A stretch of DNA of 64,000 bases from a bacterium. GTDB taxonomy: Bacteria > Armatimonadota > Zipacnadia > Zipacnadales > UBA11051. Numbering within the stretch: position 1 is the first letter of the stretch; each line of letters starts with the position of its first letter. Below are positions 26,637 to 34,800 of the stretch, one piece after another. The position numbers and the translations under genes are program-made. The stretch spans positions 117-64,116 of the forward strand of contig JAJFUB010000017.1 of the NCBI GenBank assembly GCA_021372615.1, written 5' to 3'. The notes beneath the pieces are model-generated. The model had not been told where the DNA came from, searched no databases, and saw only the letters and a list, made by a program, of their open reading frames with translations.

Positions 26637-28379
26637 ATGAAGATGAGCAACGCAACTCTCTTCACAACAGTACGTAGAGGCCGGGAACGCCGGGCCGCCG
26701 CCGGAGCGCTGGCGGGGGGGCCGGGCGGCTTCACGCTGGTGGAAGTCCTGGTGGTGCTGGCCATCCTGGTCATCCTGTTCGGGTTGCTGTTCGCGCCCAT
26801 GATGGCCGGCATGGACATGGCACAGCAGGGCAAGGTGCAGTCGCGGCTGCAGGATGTGGCGCGCCAGGCGGCTGAGGAAGTACAGCGCGAGCTGATCAAC
26901 GCCGTCTACGTCTACCCGCCGCCGTCGTACCAGGTCGGCACCACCACCACCGTCACGGACTACTCGGAGGTCGCCTTCGTCCCGGCGGATACCGACTCTA
27001 GCGGCAACGTCACGACGCCGCGCCGCCCGCGCCTGTTCACCTACGGCGGGCAGAGCGAGTACCTGGTGGTGCGGTACTGGGTCAAGCCGCCGGATCTCAC
27101 CGGTGGCAAGGCGTATGACGAGACTAATCCCTTCGTGTTGATGCGCCAGGAGGGCGTCTACCGCTGGGACAGCGCCCTGGGACGCTACGTCTTCGGCAGC
27201 GTGAATACGACCAACGGGGCATTCCAGGCCGGGGTGCCCATCACGGAGAACTCAGTCACGCCCCGCGAGGACTATGACATCCCGGCCACGACCACGGTCT
27301 GCCTGGACGACCATACCATGCACGTGGGCTATGTGGCCGCATGCCCCAGCGACGACAGCACGAACCTGGTCTACCTGCACGATGATGTGAAGTTCCAGCC
27401 CGAGCGGATCATCGGTGAGGCGCTCGCGGCCCAGCAGAACAACACGGTCTTCGAGGCGCGGCACGGCAACTGGATGGGCCAGCCCAACAACGGCGTGGCG
27501 GTGTGGAAGACGACGCTGTCGCAGACGGAGTCGGAACTGCAGCCGCGCATCGTGCAGTACCGGTGGAACGGCAGCGCCTATAGCAACATCGCGCTGGACA
27601 CGTACACCTCGGTGCCGGAGGCTCAGGCGCTGCACTGGAACTCGGCGACAGGCACGGTGCAGCTCGGCGCCTGGCGCACGGTGCGGGTGGAGATACAGAA
27701 CCCGGACGCGACGCCGGCTTCCGGCGAGTACTACGCGCTGAAGATCGAGGGCGACACCTACGACGCGTCGAGCAACGGCACGCAGACTGCCCCCGTGGCG
27801 CCGGTCTACCCCAAGACGCCGACGGAGTGGGGCGAGCCGGCCGTGCCGATCGCGTACCACATCAACCCGGACTACAGCGATAGCACGGGGGCGGCGGCCA
27901 AGGTCGTGCCGCAGAGCGTGCGGGTGGTCTGGGGCTTCACCTTCAAGTCTACCACGACCCGGCAGGTGGCGCAGTTCACGCCGGCGCAGGAGGTCAGCCA
28001 GGCTGACCTGGGGCTCTACGAGTTCAGTGAGTTCATGCCGAGCAACCAGCGGTGGGCGGAGGCGCGCTTCAACCGCTACACCCCGCCCGGCCCGCAGCAG
28101 CTCTCGAATGCAGAGCGGGCTGATCTGGATGCAATGTGGGTGGACATCACGTACTACTACCGGCGCAACTTCGAGAGCTCGACCTCGGACTGCCGCGATG
28201 ACGTCGTCTATGCGGACTACTCGACCGGCGAGGTCGTCAACATCACGCTGATCCCGCAGCGCTTCATCGAGTTGCAGCCGTATCGGGACGGTGCCACGAA
28301 CCTGGTGGTGCCTCCGGACCTGCCGGTGGGTGGCGTGCCGGTGCGCACCCAGGCGATCCTGCTGAACGCGCGCCGCTAA
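26637..28379 (+). CDS. Large prepilin-leader protein (580 aa), minor pilin/pseudopilin.
   Basis: Leader GPGG|FTLVEVLVVLAILVILFGLLFAP. Confidence 0.7.
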   Translation: MKMSNATLFTTVRRGRERRAAAGALAGGPGGFTLVEVLVVLAILVILFGLLFAPMMAGMDMAQQGKVQSRLQDVARQAAEEVQRELINAVYVYPPPSYQVGTTTTVTDYSEVAFVPADTDSSGNVTTPRRPRLFTYGGQSEYLVVRYWVKPPDLTGGKAYDETNPFVLMRQEGVYRWDSALGRYVFGSVNTTNGAFQAGVPITENSVTPREDYDIPATTTVCLDDHTMHVGYVAACPSDDSTNLVYLHDDVKFQPERIIGEALAAQQNNTVFEARHGNWMGQPNNGVAVWKTTLSQTESELQPRIVQYRWNGSAYSNIALDTYTSVPEAQALHWNSATGTVQLGAWRTVRVEIQNPDATPASGEYYALKIEGDTYDASSNGTQTAPVAPVYPKTPTEWGEPAVPIAYHINPDYSDSTGAAAKVVPQSVRVVWGFTFKSTTTRQVAQFTPAQEVSQADLGLYEFSEFMPSNQRWAEARFNRYTPPGPQQLSNAERADLDAMWVDITYYYRRNFESSTSDCRDDVVYADYSTGEVVNITLIPQRFIELQPYRDGATNLVVPPDLPVGGVPVRTQAILLNARR

Positions 28380-28434
28380 GCGACCGGGACACGTCGTAGG
28401 AGCGGCTTGCCGCCGCGACCTGAGATGCAATGCT

Positions 28435-31400
28435 TTGGCACACCAGACGGCCCAGACCATGATGACCAGAATTGCCGGAGATCGAGGATTGCGGAGCCCC
28501 AGCGCCCACCGCCTTGCGGCGGGGAGCCGCTGGCGCGGCATGGGAGGCCGGGGGCGTGACGGCCAGGCGCTGCTGGTCGCCGTACTGCTCATGACCGTCA
28601 TTCTCCTGATCGGCATCCTCTTCGCCGCCCTGGTGTCGTACAACCAGGGGCAGTCGGCGCGCCACGTGGACGTGGTGGGGGCCGACCAGAACGCTGCCGC
28701 GGGCATCAACTACGCCAACGGGATGCTGCAGTACAGCCCGGAGGGGGCGGACTGGCGCCCGCACTTCGTGGCGTATGCCGGCACCGGCACTGAGGACCGC
28801 CAGGACCCGTCCACCTGGCCGCAGGACCCGTCGCTGTGGCCGTCGCCGCCGGCGCAGTACCAGGACGGGACCGTGGACTTCAACTTCTGGGGTCTGGACG
28901 GCACCGAGGGCACCGAGGACGACTACTACAGCGACTTCGACATGGTGCGCGGCTGGTTCCCGCTGCGAGCCGACAGCGTCAACAAGCCGGGCCGGTTCCT
29001 GCGCATGGGCTTCCATCGCTATCCGGACCCGAACCAGCTCGGCACCGACCGCGATAGCGTATTCGTCGGGCGAGGCTACGTCCTGCTGCAAGTCATCTAC
29101 GATCCGGACCCGCCGTACGAGCCGGATGATGCGCCGACGCCGGACAAGATGAGCAACTGCGTCAAGATCGTCAGCATCGGCCGGGCGGTGCAGCAGAGCA
29201 ACGTGTTCCGGCGGCTGGTGGCCTACAAGCCGTTGGGGCTGACGGACCACATGATGTGGGTGACGAACCAGTCGGGCGGGGCGCGACAGGCCACCGTCGC
29301 CGTGCGCCCCAATGTGGACATGAATGCCAGTGGCTCGCATGAGACCGGGGAGACGCTGTTCACGCATAGCTTCGGCCCGGTGCGGTCGGAGGCGCCGCTG
29401 TACTGGCTGGGGCACGAGATCAGCGCCGGCACGCCGTCCACGCTGTTCCGGCTGCAGACGAGCCCCGTTAGCCACGAGGGCTACCTGCGCGATGATACTT
29501 TCATGGTGCCGCGAGGCCTGTACGCTCTGGACAGTGACATCAACGCCGCGACTGGGGCCCCGGTGTCTGCCAACGGGGCCGCGGTGTCGGTAGACGGGGG
29601 CGCGAATACCGTACTGCCCACCGCGCTCGACCCCACCGCGACCAACGCGCCCAGCCGGGTGTATGTCGGCACCCAGAACGTGCCCGAGTTGGCGCCAGTG
29701 GACCTCAACGCCACCGACCCGATCAGCGGCAAGAGCCGCTATGCCGCGCTAACCCGCGATTCGGGGGCGGTGGTGCGGGCCACCTCAGCCGACGCCGACC
29801 ATGATGTGGCGGCGAATGACCCGGTCAACATCGGCCTGTATGGCCATGGCGCCGGGATGTACATAGACAATGTGGATGACATCCAGTACCACGGCGACTT
29901 GACCGACCTGATGAACGACTGGCTGCGCTCGCCCACGGGCCAGGGCTACGCCGGCTCGGACACGGGCTGGAACTCCCTGTTCTCGACCTACACGCCGCCA
30001 GGGGTGGAGGTCGAGTTCTTCCCGAATGAGGCCGCGGTGGAGCGCACGGCCACCGGCGGCATCGGGACGGGCGACGACCCGACGGCGCTGGCGGTCAACC
30101 AGCTCTGGTGGCCGCGCCACCAGGCGGGGGCGCCGGGGATCAAGATCACGCGCCATGACAAGCGCTGGCGGCGGGCCGATTACGACGGCACGTCCTGGCA
30201 TGTCGGCGGCGACTCGGGCCGCAACGTGATGGTCATTGACTACCCCGAGTACACACACCAGGTGATCTTCGCCGAGGGGAACGTACGGGTCAAGGGTGTG
30301 CTGCCGGCGCGCGACCGGACCGACACGACCGGGACTCTGGACCGCAGCTTCGACATGACCGTCGTCTCGAACGGGACGATCTACATTGACGGGCAGCTCA
30401 TGACCTACCAGGACGTCGTCGGGCGGCGCGAGAGCACCAGCGTCGCCAGCGGCGCCGTGCTGGACGAGGATGCCGCCAAGATCGCGCTGCTGGCTCGCGA
30501 CTACGTCTGCCTGAACCCGACGCAGATCGTGCCACAGCTTACCAGCGGGCTGGTGACGGCCGCGGCGGACGACGAGGCCAACCCCACGGTGACCGACCAG
30601 CACTGGGAGCTGTACCCCAATACCGGCGGGGCCGTCTACACGCACTGGCGCTTCGGCTGGCCGGATGTGGACGTCAATCAGGATGGCTACGGTGACGGCA
30701 CGCCGGGCACGGCGGTGGACACGGCGAACGTCGGTGTGAGCTTCGTGCCGATCCAAGCCGGGGCCGATCCGGGGCCGTCGGGCATGGCCATGACGGTCTA
30801 CAACGAGGACACCGCGACCACCGTTCCGTACACGTTCGGCGGGCCGCCGCCGTTCGATCCCTACACCTTCATGTTCGTGCCGCCCGGGGCGATGCTGGGG
30901 AGCGTCTCCTCGCCCGCCGCGTACGCCTCGAATGCGATCCTGCCGAACTGGCAGACACCGGGCTCGACGCCGGCTGAGACCTTCACGAACCCCAACGTGC
31001 CCTTCAACATCACGCCGCAGATCAGCACGAGCATTGGCTATGCGAACACGGTGTCGGTGTACCAGCGCGACCCGCAACTGGGGACGGGCTCGACGGCCTA
31101 TCTCATCAAGAAGTGGAAGGTCGAGGAGTACACCACCGATACGTTCAACCTGACCTCCGGCGGGACGGTCACCTACGCGATCCCGCGACCGTCGGTGCAC
31201 TGCCATGTGAGCGCGCTGATGCTGGCGCAGCGGGGCAGTTGGTTCGTCATTCCCGGCACGTACTTCGATCCGCAGGCGATGGCCGATCCGGCGTTCGACG
31301 CGAATGCCGGGATCAGCGGCGCCGACGCCGCCACGATCAGCGCTCTGGACAGCCTGTATGCGGCGCGGTTCCGGCGCTACAACTATGAGATCGTGGTACG

Positions 31401-31692
31401 GGGGACCATCACCGAGGACCACACCGCGCCGCTGGAGGCGCAGCAGACGTGGATGACGCGCTGGGCCTTCCCAATCTATACCGGCAGCGGTAGCAGCCTG
31501 TCTTTGGCCTGGGGCTCGATCCGCTATGAGTTCGATGAGCGACTGCGGCAGGCCCGCAACCAGAGCCCGGCGGCGCTCACCGGCACAGTGCGGCGTTCGG
31601 CCAGTGATCCGAACGATGTGCAAGGCTTGCTGCCGAAGCTGCCGTGCCTGCCGGCAAGCCCGACGTTGATGTACGCCGGAGGAACGCTGTAG
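28435..31692 (+). CDS. Giant pilus-associated protein (1085 aa from the first ATG) with a PilX-N-like hydrophobic anchor and a large extracellular domain. Candidate PilX/PilY1-like tip adhesin.
   Basis: ...RGRDG|QALLVAVLLMTVILLIGILFAALVSYNQGQS resembles the PilX N-terminal module. Start uncertain (alternative ATG at 28540). Confidence 0.6.
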   Translation: MAHQTAQTMMTRIAGDRGLRSPSAHRLAAGSRWRGMGGRGRDGQALLVAVLLMTVILLIGILFAALVSYNQGQSARHVDVVGADQNAAAGINYANGMLQYSPEGADWRPHFVAYAGTGTEDRQDPSTWPQDPSLWPSPPAQYQDGTVDFNFWGLDGTEGTEDDYYSDFDMVRGWFPLRADSVNKPGRFLRMGFHRYPDPNQLGTDRDSVFVGRGYVLLQVIYDPDPPYEPDDAPTPDKMSNCVKIVSIGRAVQQSNVFRRLVAYKPLGLTDHMMWVTNQSGGARQATVAVRPNVDMNASGSHETGETLFTHSFGPVRSEAPLYWLGHEISAGTPSTLFRLQTSPVSHEGYLRDDTFMVPRGLYALDSDINAATGAPVSANGAAVSVDGGANTVLPTALDPTATNAPSRVYVGTQNVPELAPVDLNATDPISGKSRYAALTRDSGAVVRATSADADHDVAANDPVNIGLYGHGAGMYIDNVDDIQYHGDLTDLMNDWLRSPTGQGYAGSDTGWNSLFSTYTPPGVEVEFFPNEAAVERTATGGIGTGDDPTALAVNQLWWPRHQAGAPGIKITRHDKRWRRADYDGTSWHVGGDSGRNVMVIDYPEYTHQVIFAEGNVRVKGVLPARDRTDTTGTLDRSFDMTVVSNGTIYIDGQLMTYQDVVGRRESTSVASGAVLDEDAAKIALLARDYVCLNPTQIVPQLTSGLVTAAADDEANPTVTDQHWELYPNTGGAVYTHWRFGWPDVDVNQDGYGDGTPGTAVDTANVGVSFVPIQAGADPGPSGMAMTVYNEDTATTVPYTFGGPPPFDPYTFMFVPPGAMLGSVSSPAAYASNAILPNWQTPGSTPAETFTNPNVPFNITPQISTSIGYANTVSVYQRDPQLGTGSTAYLIKKWKVEEYTTDTFNLTSGGTVTYAIPRPSVHCHVSALMLAQRGSWFVIPGTYFDPQAMADPAFDANAGISGADAATISALDSLYAARFRRYNYEIVVRGTITEDHTAPLEAQQTWMTRWAFPIYTGSGSSLSLAWGSIRYEFDERLRQARNQSPAALTGTVRRSASDPNDVQGLLPKLPCLPASPTLMYAGGTL

Positions 31693-31877
31693 CAACGGGG
31701 CGGGGGGTGGCCGGGGAGACGAGGGTCGCGGTCGGTGGCCGCTCCTACACCGGACTCCCTGGGAGAGGCAATCCCGTCGGCGACGGAGGTGTAGGAGCGG
31801 TCACCGTCCACGAGGGAGCAAGCGGCGGGGGAGGGTCGGGCTGTGGTGTGTGCTGTGCTGACCGGAGGTATGTCTTG

Positions 31878-34800
31878 ATGCGGGCCGCAATGAAGATGGC
31901 GACAATCGGGCGCGGAGTGGGGCTGCTGCTCGTGCTCTTGCCGGCGGTGGCCCTCGCGCAGACCACTTTCGAATACAACACCCAACCGCGGACGTTCCAC
32001 GTTTGCCGCCTGCTGATGGGCGCCGGCGGTGACAACTACGCCCACTCGCTGATGTTCGAGGGCATGCGGCGCTTCCCCGACAAGCCGGCGGGGTGGGAGC
32101 TGGACAATCCCCTGGTGCTGCTGGCCAACCAGCCCCCGCTCAAGCACACGGCTGCCTACTGGACCGCCCCGCTGCTGGATGCCAACTACGATGCCACGCA
32201 GGGCTTCCGCGTGCAGTCGCTGCGGGACATGGACCTCATCTACATCAAGAGCCCGACGCTGAACCTGGCCGGGCTGGGCCAGGAGTGGCGCGAGGCGCTG
32301 ATCCAGGCCGTGCACGACGGCGCGGTGCTGTGGATTGACCAGGACCACACGGCCGGCTGCACGGTGACCGACTTCGCGCCACCAGGCTCCATGCTGAACA
32401 CCGCCGTCCCCTTCACCTTCACCAACGCGAGCCAGACCAGCGGGTCCTACCGGCGCGCGTATGCCGGGGCGTATGTGTTCCCGCCCGCCGGGGGGCCGGC
32501 CGGCGACATCACCGGCAACGTGGCCGACCGCCTGCTGCAGTACCCGTTCAAGTTGGCGGAATGGCAGGACATCCAGTACCTGGGGATGTACCCGCAGGGC
32601 CCGAACTACGGCACGTCCACGACCGATCCCAGGCCCCCGAACCAGGCGCAATCGGCCAGCCCGGACGTGGTCAACCTCATCGATTCTTCGCTCCGGCGGG
32701 TCGTGGTCGTGTGGGATGGCAGCGACTTCCGGCCCAACATCGCGGCAGCGCGGTCTGGGGCGGGGGCCATCGTCCTGACGGCCGGCGATGTGGGGTACGA
32801 TGTCGCTAACTGGTGGTCCGGGGCGCACCGGAACCGGCCGCTGCAGCACGAGGCGGCGGACTGCAAGTTCGCCTGGAACGTGCTGGCGCTGGCGCAGAGC
32901 TTCTCCGAGCGTGGGGGCTCGAGCAGCAATGGCTCGAGCAGCCCCATCGCCGCGCCGCCGCCGCTGGACATCCAGTGGCAGTACCCCGACCGCTTCACCG
33001 TCCCGAGTGCCACCACGGCGCCGTTGGGCTCGATTGTCGCGGCGCCGGCCGTGGGTCGGCACATGACCTTCGCCATCTCGCTGGCCTACCCGGGGGGGGG
33101 CGGAATTCCGGCCCGCGAGCCGTGGATCATGGCCTTCGACAATGACCCGGCGCGCGACCTGGACAACGACGGGTACGTCGATGACGGTCCGCGCGACTAC
33201 TGTCTGGGCGCGTCGTACGACATGGTGTGGGACCGCGATCTGTGCCCCAGCGGCTGGACGCCACGGTGGTCGTCGCCGACGGTGGCGACGACACGGTTGG
33301 CCAGCGGCGAGAGCACTGAAGTCGTGCTGGTCAGCCTGGTGCGGGACGGCGCCCCGACCACCGGACTGGTGCGGTGCTTCCGCGCCGACAACGGTACGGT
33401 GCTGTGGGAACGGACCATATCCGCCTACCGCCTCCAGGCTCGCGTCATAGACCTGTCCACGCCGACCGTCTACGGTGACTGGGTCTTCTTGGCGGCCAGC
33501 GAGTACGACACCGGAGCAGACAACGGCTCGGGCGCGGAGGACACGTACGGCCGAGTGCACTGCTTCCAGCTCAGCCAGGGCGGTGTCGCCAACTGCCCCC
33601 AGTGGGTCTTCCCGTCGCCCGACACCAACCCCAACGGCGACGGCGACTCGACTGGTGGCAGCCCCGACAACTCCGTCCCCGAGCAGCAGCGCTACCTGCC
33701 GCCGTTCCAGGACCCGAACTGGGTCGCCGCCGTAGCGCCATACGCCACACGGCCGACGCTGCCGCCCTTCCCGACGGCCAAGCCGACGATCATCGTGCCC
33801 GACCCGCCGGGGGCCAATGCTGGCACGGAGGTGCTGCTGCGCTGCACCAGCCCGATCTCGCTGCGGAAGAGCACGGACACCGCGCACCCCGAGGAAGTGG
33901 ACAACGACACGACGACCGGCGGCAGCGACTGGTTGCTCGTGCCCACGCCGATGGACGTGGCCCAGACCGGGACGGACCTGCTGAACGCGCGCTACTACAG
34001 GGTCTGGCTGCCGGCGGCCACGGCCCTGGGGACCACCAGCCTGGGCGCCACTCTGACCGTGCGCCGGGTGGATGACACCAACGTTACGGCCACGATCAGC
34101 GACCTGTGGCAGGACCCGGTGGACAGGAAGATCTATGCCTACCTGCAGTCCGGCCAAGCACGGGAGTATCTGCTGCGGTCCAACACGCTGAACGTACACT
34201 ACCTGGACCTGACGCAGCAGGGCGCGGCGATCACGATCCCGTACCAGGTGAACGGCACGAATCTGAACGCGGTGGCCACGTTGCCCCCGCCGGTGGCCCA
34301 GGTGGTCAGCAGCGGCGGGGCGAACGAGCGGCGCGTGGCCTCCGCCACCGACCGCAAGGGCCACAGCCTGTACGCCACCGACGCCATCGAGGACAACAGC
34401 GGCACGCTGACGCACAATGACCTGACGACGGCAACCGTGGTCACGCCCGCTGCGGGCCCGTATGACAGCACCGGGCGCCTGTACTCGATCAACAACCAGA
34501 CGGGTGAGACTCGCTGGTCGGTGCAGCCCGAGAGTCTGGCGACCTTCAGCGAGAACAACCAGACAGTGGCGCCAGGGGGCATGGCCATCGAGCCGAGCAC
34601 CGACACGGCGGTGGCGGCCATCACCGCGCGGATCAACCCGACTGCCGGCGACATGCGCGTGGTCAAGCCGATGGCTCTGGCTGTGAACACGCAGCCGCGG
34701 CTGGTCATCCAACTGCGGGATGGGCCGGCAGACTCGCAACTACGCGCGGGTGCGACGCTGCAGATCAGGACGCTGAACGCCGGCAACACCGGGATCACGG

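Noticed and set aside
31524-34739. 1071-aa minus-strand ORF, plus similar ones at 29785..31695, 35364..37274, 38208..40640, 40662..42791, 43340..44827 and 54303..56018
   Set aside because: All are antisense to large + strand genes that have signal peptides, RBSs and operon logic. Their composition is low-complexity R/G/A/P.
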